Assembly: GCA_964590155.1 (NCBI GenBank) | Contig: CAZPWC010000001.1 | Span: 9,651 to 73,650, forward strand | Direction: 5' to 3' | Length of the DNA: 64,000 nucleotides | Source: an uncultured archaeon | GTDB taxonomy: Archaea; Iainarchaeota; Iainarchaeia; Iainarchaeales; JAAZKV01 | In this document: positions 56,160 through 64,000 of the stretch, in pieces | Layout of the letters: each line of letters opens with the position of its first letter | Numbering within the stretch: position 1 is the first letter of the stretch | Program-made: the position numbers and the translations under genes | The notes under the pieces: generated by a model | What the model was told of the DNA's origin: nothing | The model's database searches: none | What the model saw: the letters and a program-made list of their open reading frames with translations, nothing else

Positions 56160-56528
56160 ATGAACAAACCTCGCGCTTTAGGCAACATAGCAAGGTTTAT
56201 ATGCTTTTTAGTTAATAAAGATTCTTATTATAGAGCAGGTTTGTTTGTGTCAAACACAAATATTTGCATTAAAGTTTCAACAGGAAAAAAAGCGTTCGCC
56301 ATAAAATGGAGCGAAGAAGATAATGTTTTATTCGTTGAAACAATTGGTTTGCCAAAAAAAGGCGAAGCCAATAAAGAAATATTAAAAAAATTGACAAAAG
56401 TTTTTTGGACTGAAACTTATTTAGTTTCTGGATTAACTTCGAGAAAGAAAGTATTGGAAATCAAGTTACCAAAAGAACAAGTACTCAAGATACTTGAAAA
56501 ATGCAAGAACAAAAAACTGCTTCTATAA
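56160..56528 (+). CDS. DUF167/UPF0235 (YggU-like) protein
   Basis: GEANKEILKKLTKVF...VSGLTSRKKVLEIK. Start moved to the ATG at 56160 to avoid overlap with hjc. Confidence 0.45.
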   Translation: MNKPRALGNIARFICFLVNKDSYYRAGLFVSNTNICIKVSTGKKAFAIKWSEEDNVLFVETIGLPKKGEANKEILKKLTKVFWTETYLVSGLTSRKKVLEIKLPKEQVLKILEKCKNKKLLL

Positions 56529-56568
56529 GTGAATAAAAAAATAGCTAAAAAAAATAGGAAGTGAAATT

Positions 56569-58044
56569 ATGGCTAAAACATATATGAGCACAATAAAATA
56601 TGAAGTGCTTGCAAACTATGAAGTACAAGGAGTTGTAGATAAACCAGATATTGTAGGAGCAATCTTCGGACAAAGCGAAGGATTGTTAGGACAAGATATG
56701 GATCTTAAAGAATTACAGCAAAACGGAAAAATAGGAAGAATAGAAATAACAGTAAACAAAGGAAAAGGAACTACTGCAGGACAAATAACCATTCCAAGTT
56801 CTCTTGACCAAGTAAAAACAAGTATACTTGCCGCAACAATGGAAACCGTAGAAAAAGTAGGGCCATTTGAAGCAAAAGTGCGAGTAATAAAAGTAAGTGA
56901 TACTAGAAAAGAAAAAAGAGAAGTAATCACTGAAAGAGCAAAAGAGCTTTTAAAAAATATGCAAAAATTCGAGGGAGTAGAAACTGACGAAATGGCTCAA
57001 GGAGTAAAAGAAGACCTACGAACAGAAGATGTTGTTGAATACAACGGACTTACTGCAGGGCCTGAAGTTGCTACAAGCGAAGAAATAATTGTAGTAGAAG
57101 GAAGAGCGGATGTTTTGAAGTTACTAAGTTATGGAATAAAAAACGCCATAGCAATGAACGGAGCAAACATTACTCCAGAACTAATAGAACTATGCAACCA
57201 AAAAACGGTTACAATACTTGTTGATGGAGATCGCGGCGGAGAACTAAACACAACCAAATTAATTTCTCTGACAAAAGTTGACTACATCGCAAAAGCACCT
57301 GATGGAAAAGAAGTTGAAGAGCTAACACAAAAAGAAATATTGCTAGCTTTGAAAAGAAAACAAGAATACAAAGCGGGGGCAAAATTTGAGCAACCAACAA
57401 CCCAAAAACCATTCGGGGGCCCGTATAATACATACAGACCAAATAATGGTTTCCAACCAAGAGGAAACGGATATCCTCAACAATTTGAAAGAGGATTTAG
57501 TCCAAGACCTCAAAGATTTGGAAGACCCAATTTTAGAGAAAATAATGAGTTCCGAGGAAATAACGATTTCCGGGGAAATAATAACTTTAGGGGAAACAAT
57601 GATTTCCGACCAAGTTATAGACCAAATAACGGATTTGGACAATCAAGTTACGGACAACCAAGACCTGGTTACAATAATTTCAGACAACCGTTTGAAAAAC
57701 CGCAATTTGCTCCAAGAATAGATTCTCAAGGAACAACTGCAGTTATTCAAGCACAAGAATTGCCAAAAGAATTTAACAAACTAAAAAAAGATTTTGAAAA
57801 ATTAAAAGGCAAATCAAAAGCAAGATTGTTTGATGCAAAGAAGAAAAAAATCAAGGATGTTGAAGTAAAAGACCTCCTTGGAGCTGTCGAAGCAAGCAAG
57901 AAAAAAATCAAAACAATTATTTTCGACGGAATTGTAACAAGCAGATTGGTTGAAACAGCAGAAAAAAATGGGGTAGAAAACCTTATCGGAGTAAAAAAAG
58001 GAAATATTCAACCAACTGAAAAACTAAAAGTATACACAATGTAA
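56569..58044 (+). CDS. dnaG: archaeal DnaG primase (TOPRIM) with a ~110-aa N/R/G/F-rich low-complexity insertion
   Basis: N-terminus IVGAIFGQSEGLLGQDMDLKELQQNGKIGRIEI; TOPRIM IVVEGRADV and VDGDRGGE. Confidence 0.8.
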   Translation: MAKTYMSTIKYEVLANYEVQGVVDKPDIVGAIFGQSEGLLGQDMDLKELQQNGKIGRIEITVNKGKGTTAGQITIPSSLDQVKTSILAATMETVEKVGPFEAKVRVIKVSDTRKEKREVITERAKELLKNMQKFEGVETDEMAQGVKEDLRTEDVVEYNGLTAGPEVATSEEIIVVEGRADVLKLLSYGIKNAIAMNGANITPELIELCNQKTVTILVDGDRGGELNTTKLISLTKVDYIAKAPDGKEVEELTQKEILLALKRKQEYKAGAKFEQPTTQKPFGGPYNTYRPNNGFQPRGNGYPQQFERGFSPRPQRFGRPNFRENNEFRGNNDFRGNNNFRGNNDFRPSYRPNNGFGQSSYGQPRPGYNNFRQPFEKPQFAPRIDSQGTTAVIQAQELPKEFNKLKKDFEKLKGKSKARLFDAKKKKIKDVEVKDLLGAVEASKKKIKTIIFDGIVTSRLVETAEKNGVENLIGVKKGNIQPTEKLKVYTM

Positions 58045-58095
58045 AAAAAGTTAAATGAATAGGGCAAAAACCCTATTCATACTAATTTTTCAAAA

Positions 58096-58671
58096 TTATC
58101 TTCTCTTCTTTGCAAAAGATCTTCTAGGAAATTCTGCCTCTTCAATAGGAACAACAATTGAACCATTATTGAACAAGAACAACGCAAACAAGAACACTAG
58201 TGCCCAAGAAAAAAACTGAACTATAGGCCCTAAAACAGCGGTCCACATTTGGCGTTGCGTTAGATTATATACTCCGCCAGGAATCTGCGCACCAGTAATC
58301 TGATACAAAGAATCCTTGCATTCTTGAACTTTTAATTCAGAAAGCATAAAATCTATGCCTGCATTGCCGCTTATATCCTTAGAGTAATTCAACCCAGAAG
58401 TAACGCAATCATCAAAATCACGAACTGTTTGCCAAGAATCGAACATTACCGCACCAGACTTAACCAGCATTAGAACAGCAATAACTATCAAAAAGGCACC
58501 AACCATTCTTGGTAATTCTGCACGTTCATTTCCAACCTTAAATAAAAGCATCCTACTCAAAGACACCACCTTTAGTAGAACGAGGAAAAACTCATATATA
58601 AACCTTCTCAGCGCACAAGCTTTACACTTAAAGCAATGGAAAAGCAGAACTAAAAATACAAATCTTAACAT
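58096..58671 (-). CDS. membrane-anchored protein, unknown
   Basis: TM helices near both ends; start uncertain. Confidence 0.3.
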   Translation of the reverse strand: MLRFVFLVLLFHCFKCKACALRRFIYEFFLVLLKVVSLSRMLLFKVGNERAELPRMVGAFLIVIAVLMLVKSGAVMFDSWQTVRDFDDCVTSGLNYSKDISGNAGIDFMLSELKVQECKDSLYQITGAQIPGGVYNLTQRQMWTAVLGPIVQFFSWALVFLFALFLFNNGSIVVPIEEAEFPRRSFAKKRR

Positions 58672-58878
58672 ACAAAGAACTCAAAATTTCAAAAAGTCAA
58701 GGTTTAAAAAAACACCACACCACTTTTTGTTTTAGTAAAGAAAAAAGTCGAGCACTAAAGGTGCGAGCAAATGGGTGCCGTGCATCCATTATCCTGCCGG
58801 TTTTGGAACAACAAAGTCGAGCAACAGCGAGCAAATCAATTGCAAAGCAATTGGTTCTCATGCCAGCTTTGAGAAGCT

Positions 58879-58950
58879 GGGCCGGTGGTCTAGCGGCTAT
58901 GACATCACCCTTACAAGGTGAGAGTCGGCGGTTCGAATCCGCCTCGGCCC
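58879..58950 (+). tRNA. tRNA-Val(TAC), 72 nt, no intron
   Basis: Full cloverleaf by hand: acceptor GGGCCGG/TCGGCCC; anticodon stem TCACC/GGTGG; loop CTTACAA; T-arm GGCGG-TTCGAAT-CCGCC; discriminator A. Confidence 0.85.
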
Positions 58951-59040
58951 ACTTATAATTATTTAATAAATTATTCAATATGGCAAATTGTTCAATAAAT
59001 ATTTATCCAAAAAGGAAATACAAAAATAAATTTTGTGGAT

Positions 59041-60159
59041 CTATTTTAGTAAGAAAACAAGCAAAAAGCTTCCAATTGCGGCAAAAATTAAACCTATTTG
59101 AGGAATCGGAAAAACTATAACTGTTAACATGCAAATTATAATTCCTGTGTGAATAACTGTTTCTCGGTAAATAATATATTCCATTGCATTCTTACCCGCA
59201 TTAGAATAAGTTGTGGCATCAACCGATATTTCAGCAGAAGGCCTTACAAGACCGTAAAGTGAATCAACAACATAAGCAACAAGGGGCAAAGCAACAAGCA
59301 ATCTAACTACCCACAAAATTCCTGCAACAAAAAAAGATCCTTTAATAAAATTCTTTCTTTTTTTATCAAAAAAAGAACCAAACATTATTGTAGCAGCAAG
59401 AGAAACTATAAGCAACAAGGTTGTTATGAAACCAAGTTCCACGTAATTCCCAAAAATAGAAAACAAAATAAGGGGCCAAAAAACTCCGAGTGCTCTGGCA
59501 TAAAAACCATAACCCAATTAACCTATTGAATGATTTAGATTCCTATTCGCGAATATTTTTTTTAAAGAAAAATCCACAGAATCTTTTTTGTCTTCAGTTA
59601 ACAACAGCGGAATTATCGAAGCAAGAATAATTAATATAACAAAAACCAATAAATAACTAAAATTCAAATAAACAATAACTAACGCACCAATAATAGGAGC
59701 AACTGCAGAGGCAACAGAACTTATAATGTTCGCAAAAGCAACTTCTTTTCCTCTTTCCCCATCACGACTATTTTCAGCAAAATCCGCATGAAAAGCAAAC
59801 CAAAACAACGCACTATACACCCCTAAGAAAAAAGAAATTAAAACTAGGGGAATAGAAGATGATTCTAAAAGATAAAGCGAAACAAAAAATAAAATCAAAA
59901 AAGGCTGACTTGCAATAATTACGTGCTTAAACCCCCACTTTGAAGACAAATAAGCGGCAGGAATAATAAAAATAATGTGAAAAAAACTAAACAAACCAAA
60001 AAATACAAAAACATCAATAAGAGAATAACCCAAACTCAGGAAAAATAAGGGAATAAAAACTGAAATTAACCCGAAAGAAAAAGCCCTCAACCCCAAATTA
60101 ACATAAAGCTCATCAACCTCTTTATTTTGCAACAAACTAAAATGTTTTTGGAAATCCAT
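59041..60159 (-). pseudogene. MFS-type transporter split by one in-frame TAA (59518-59520)
   Basis: ORFs 59518..60159 and 59041..59517 are in the same frame and together give ~12 TM helices. The downstream piece starts on TTG directly after the stop. Confidence 0.45.
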
Positions 60160-60245
60160 TAAAGAGAAATCACTTAACAGAATATAAGGCTAATTGCCCC
60201 GCTTTTCTTAATTAATCTTAAATACATAAAGAACCTAAATCTTGA

Positions 60246-61952
60246 ATGAAAAACTTATTTATCTTGCTTGTAATGCTTTTGATTTTGACAAATGTTTATG
60301 CAAATGAGTTTTACCCAACAACAATCTTAGAGTTACAAACAATAGTAACTATGGGAGGAGATGGAACAATAGAGGATTTAAAAGGAAATGAAGAGGTAAA
60401 ATTTCAAACATTAACTTTTCAGGAAAGCCCCTACCAAACAATAACAAACTTAGATGAAAAACTAACAATAAATGGAGAAATAATAAGACCGACCCACACT
60501 TTTGATGAATATGGAAACAAATATGCTAATTTTACAATACGAGAAAACGGAAACTTTGTCTATGAAATAACCGCGCAAATTGACACAAAATCTTTAATAT
60601 TTAAAATAGAAGATTACAATATCGGTGAACCAAAAGAAAGCACCCAACTATATACAAAAAAGAGCGAAAAAATTGAGAGTGAGTCACAAGAAATACTAAC
60701 TCTTGCAAAAAATAAATTGTACAAAAAAGGATATATCGAAACAGTAAATGATGCGGTTTTTTGGGTAAATGATTACGTTGAGTATGCAAAGGGGGAAGAA
60801 TTCAACAAATATTACTTACTACAAAGATCCGCAATACAAACACTAATGGACAAAAAAGGGGTTTGTGATGAATTTGCTAACCTTGCCGCAGGAATATTAC
60901 GCGCAAAAAAAGTACCAACACGAATAAACATTGGAATAACTTTTGATGGACAAGAATGGGGAAACCACGCATGGATAGGAACTTATCACGAAAAAGCGGG
61001 ATGGATAGCAAGCGACCCAACATTTAGAGAATCAGGATTTGTTGACGCTACTCACATAAAGATAGGTAGCTTTGCTGATGTAACTGAATCACTCGCAAAA
61101 GCAATTTATCCATCAACAACAAAAGTAACTTTCAAAGCACAAACACTCCCCCAAGTAGATGTAATAGGAAAAAAGTACTTTGCAAACGTAACTTTGAGTG
61201 CACAACCTTTTGATTTGAAAGCAAACCAGTGGAATGAATTGGACTTAAAAGTAAAAAACACTTCAAGCGGAACACTAACAGTTCCAATATCAATAAAACA
61301 AAATTATAAAGACATATTGATTCAAGAAAGTACAAAAGCCGTTATATTACTCCCCGGACAGGAAGAAGCAATACAATTTAGGGTTTATCCAAATATTACT
61401 TTAAAATCGGGAGAAATGGCAAAAGGAAATATAACTTTTAATTCCCTAACAAAACCATACGAAGTTGAAATGACGATAAACCCTTCAAGCGCAAAAGATA
61501 ACGGAATTGTAAGAGTAAAAGATATTACACCAATAGCAACAATAGATCAAATAAACATTGCGACAAAAATAGCAAATTATAAATCAGAAAAAGTGATAAT
61601 TGATTTTAATGCTAGTGATACAAACAATAATATTGTATGGCAAGAAGAACTAGAAGCATTTTCTGAAAAAACTTTCTGGAAAACGCTCCCCCTAAATGAC
61701 GCAGGGTATTTGATACAAATAACAACCCCAACGGAAACTTACAAGCAAAACATTTACCTTGAAAAACAAAGTTTAGTTGTGGTGAAAGAACCGGAAAGAA
61801 AAGATACAATAATACAAAAAGTTGAAGTTCCTGTGGAAAAAAATATATTTGATTCAATGCAAAACAACCCAGAAATACTAATACTTGCTTTACTGATGGG
61901 TTTAGTCACAACCCTTTTAGGATTATTTTTAGTCAAAAAACAATACGTATAG
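60246..61952 (+). CDS. secreted transglutaminase-like cysteine protease domain protein with C-terminal TM anchor
   Basis: Signal peptide; catalytic triad context GVCDEFANLAAGILRA...NHAWIGTY...SDPT; C-terminal hydrophobic helix. Confidence 0.7.
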   Translation: MKNLFILLVMLLILTNVYANEFYPTTILELQTIVTMGGDGTIEDLKGNEEVKFQTLTFQESPYQTITNLDEKLTINGEIIRPTHTFDEYGNKYANFTIRENGNFVYEITAQIDTKSLIFKIEDYNIGEPKESTQLYTKKSEKIESESQEILTLAKNKLYKKGYIETVNDAVFWVNDYVEYAKGEEFNKYYLLQRSAIQTLMDKKGVCDEFANLAAGILRAKKVPTRINIGITFDGQEWGNHAWIGTYHEKAGWIASDPTFRESGFVDATHIKIGSFADVTESLAKAIYPSTTKVTFKAQTLPQVDVIGKKYFANVTLSAQPFDLKANQWNELDLKVKNTSSGTLTVPISIKQNYKDILIQESTKAVILLPGQEEAIQFRVYPNITLKSGEMAKGNITFNSLTKPYEVEMTINPSSAKDNGIVRVKDITPIATIDQINIATKIANYKSEKVIIDFNASDTNNNIVWQEELEAFSEKTFWKTLPLNDAGYLIQITTPTETYKQNIYLEKQSLVVVKEPERKDTIIQKVEVPVEKNIFDSMQNNPEILILALLMGLVTTLLGLFLVKKQYV

Positions 61953-62104
61953 TTTTTAAACAATCCACAAGAAAACTTCTCTAATAAAAAATACTAGGGT
62001 TATCGCCAAGTGATAATCTCACATATCGGCTTTTAGAAGCTGCAAAAAATACAAAGTCAAGTGTACTGCGAAGCAGTACGCTCTCATGCCGACTTTGAGA
62101 AGCC

Positions 62105-62260
62105 GCGATCGTTGTCTAGTGGTTATGATTCGTCCTTGCCAGAGCCTTTGAAAAAGGCTCGCGAAACACTCGCTTAGTGCGAGTGAAAGCCTGCTTTGAG
62201 CAGGCAACGCGAGAAAACTGCAACTAGGACGGGGCCCGGGTTCAATTCCCGGCGGTCGCA
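62105..62260 (+). tRNA. tRNA-Gly(GCC) with 84-nt intron at 37/38
   Basis: Acceptor GCGATCG/CGGTCGC; anticodon stem CGTCC...GGACG; loop TTGCCA|intron 62142..62225|A; T-arm CCGGG-TTCAATT-CCCGG. BHB-like TTGC/GCAA helix with 3-nt bulges at both junctions. Confidence 0.8.
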
Positions 62261-62276
62261 CTAAAGAAAACAAAAG

Positions 62277-62516
62277 ATGGAGATGATGAAAATGGGTTTA
62301 TTCGGGCAAATAGTTGGCGGATTTTTAGTAGGAACAGTAATCACATCAATAATAGTTGTGATAATTGCAACAATCTTTTTCACAGCGACACTATTTATTG
62401 TGAGTATGTCAAGCAATTTAGTTTTTGGTTCCTTACCTGACCCGAACTGGGCTGTTTTAGCAGCGGCAATACTATCAGTAGGGTCAATAATGACAGGGTC
62501 TTTTGGAAAAAGATAG
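62277..62516 (+). CDS. small two-TM membrane protein
   Basis: Hydrophobic 79-aa ORF. Confidence 0.3.
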   Translation: MEMMKMGLFGQIVGGFLVGTVITSIIVVIIATIFFTATLFIVSMSSNLVFGSLPDPNWAVLAAAILSVGSIMTGSFGKR

Positions 62517-62555
62517 AAACTACTTCTTACAAAAAAAAGCTTTTTAGAAAAGGAA

Positions 62556-63479
62556 TTATTTCCTTTTCTTTTTTATTTTTCCTTTACTTTTGCTTTTTGC
62601 CAAAACCTTTTTCTTAATTTTTTTACTAAAAACTCTTCTAGCCAAGATATTTTTAATTCGAGAAGAAGATTCGCGTTCACGCAAAAGCTGAGAAAATATT
62701 TCAGTGATAGCTGAATAATAGCAAATAGCAATAGGAGCGAGAGCAAACAAGTAAGCTCCGCGAAGAGATAATTCGTAAGAAATACGATTAATGAAAAAAT
62801 AAGATAAGACAAAATTAGCTATTATTGCTAAAACAATACTAATTAAAAAAAACATTATAACTATCAAACCCAAAGCAAACATCAACGCAATCAAAATCGA
62901 ATCAAACTTGTTGTGAGTCAAATACCATGATTCTTTTGGAGCTTCAAAAATAGAAACGTTTTTGCTGTAAAAAATAGGCACCGTAAACATCAGTCGAGTA
63001 AAGTTGTAAATCAATAATAAAATATAAGCAAATAAAAATATCACCAGAGAATAATATATTAGTGTTGAAGGAACTGTCAAATAATAAAAGAAAAGAAGCG
63101 GAATTCCTAAAACAAGTAAAAGTTGAGTAAACCTAAAATATTTGTCCTTCAGATTCCACACAAACAAATACCAAAGCTCTACAAAAACTAACGGAAAAGT
63201 AAGCAAGAACTTCTTTAGTGTGACTTTTGGGGCGCCAAGCTTTTTTTGAAACAAAAAAACTGTTGTTAACGCAACAAAGCCAAAAATAACTGCAACGTAA
63301 ATAAACTCATAAAGAACTAAAACTAATGGTTGAAGCGACAAACCAAAAAGACCTTTCTCCATAGCCCAAGGAACAATAACTAAAATGGGAAAAGCAATCC
63401 AAAACAAAAGCAAAAACCACAAATGGTTCTTCAAAGAGAGACACTTATAAGACGCCTCAATAACCCTGTTAAAATTCAT
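62556..63479 (-). CDS. polytopic membrane protein, unknown
   Basis: Multiple TM helices; Lys-rich C-terminal tail. Confidence 0.3.
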   Translation of the reverse strand: MNFNRVIEASYKCLSLKNHLWFLLLFWIAFPILVIVPWAMEKGLFGLSLQPLVLVLYEFIYVAVIFGFVALTTVFLFQKKLGAPKVTLKKFLLTFPLVFVELWYLFVWNLKDKYFRFTQLLLVLGIPLLFFYYLTVPSTLIYYSLVIFLFAYILLLIYNFTRLMFTVPIFYSKNVSIFEAPKESWYLTHNKFDSILIALMFALGLIVIMFFLISIVLAIIANFVLSYFFINRISYELSLRGAYLFALAPIAICYYSAITEIFSQLLRERESSSRIKNILARRVFSKKIKKKVLAKSKSKGKIKKKRK

Positions 63480-63561
63480 ATTAAAAAATACACTTTTCTT
63501 GCTTTTAAATGTTGCTGAAAAGTTCTAAAAAGAAAAAAGCCGGGCAAAATACATCCAATGA

Positions 63562-64000
63562 CTAAAATAAAACTTTGTCAATCAATGGTTTTATCTGTTC
63601 AAAAACCGCATCAATTGGTTTATTTGCATCAACAATAACAATATTTTCTTTAGGCAAATCCTTAGGCAGAGCTAAAAAACGTTCGCGCAACTTTGTAATA
63701 AAGTCGAGTTCCCTAAAATTATCTGATTGCTTTCTTTTCTCTGACTTTTCTGAATTAATTCTGCGAAAAGCTTCTTCTGGAGAAACATCAAGAATTACAG
63801 ATAACTTTGGAGCAAGAAAATCTTTGTGCGCAGAAAAAACCCTTTCAAAAGGGGTTCCCTGAACTGTTTGATAAGCAATACTTGAATACTTATACCGATC
63901 ACAAATAATCACAAAACCTTTTTCCAAACAAGGACTTATTATATTCTTTATGTGCCAAGCGCGATCATCAACAAACGCTTGAAAAATTTCTTCTTTCAAG
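63562..64000 (-). CDS. tmk: thymidylate kinase, C-terminal part (gene continues past the window end)
   Basis: CDRYKYSSIAYQ resembles the DRY..S..AYQ motif and lid region; no start within the window. Confidence 0.6.
   Translation of the reverse strand, partial: LKEEIFQAFVDDRAWHIKNIISPCLEKGFVIICDRYKYSSIAYQTVQGTPFERVFSAHKDFLAPKLSVILDVSPEEAFRRINSEKSEKRKQSDNFRELDFITKLRERFLALPKDLPKENIVIVDANKPIDAVFEQIKPLIDKVLF

Noticed and set aside
58697-58978. ORFs 58697..58978(-) and 58761..58958(+) overlapping tRNA-Val
   Set aside because: They span a perfectly folding tRNA and its GC-rich leader. Classic artefact of ORF calling across RNA genes.
62019-62273. ORF 62019..62273(-) overlapping tRNA-Gly and its intron
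   Set aside because: Same reason: it is antisense to a tRNA with a structured intron.

Overview
AT-rich chromosomal segment of an archaeon with a compact genome. The archaeal assignment rests on RFC small subunit, ABCE1, Pelota, aEF-1beta, Hjc, S17e, RpoK, class-I CCA enzyme, archaeal DnaG, Elp3, Taw3, and BHB-type tRNA introns. Genes are tightly packed on both strands and are mostly information-processing and tRNA-related: topoisomerase IA, thrS, cca, Elp3, Taw3, Pth2, DnaG, Hjc, HerA, a Rad50-like ATPase, ABCE1, Pelota. The dominant accessory feature is a ~12 kb type IV pilus (Tad/archaeal-pilus-like) locus at 18.3-30.6 kb. It holds a KlbA/FlaI-family ATPase interrupted by an Ala1 intein carrying a LAGLIDADG homing endonuclease, two TadB/TadC-like membrane genes, an A24-type prepilin peptidase, and at least 11 genes with class III (prepilin) signal peptides. 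Three of those are Cys-rich paralogs with a shared QGAIEYLL N-terminus. There are three tRNA genes. Arg(TCG) has a 12-nt intron, Val(TAC) has none, and Gly(GCC) has an 84-nt structured intron. Val and Gly are preceded by conserved leader motifs. No CRISPR array, rRNA or transposase was recognised. All calls are from reading translations and sequence by eye; none was confirmed by database search.
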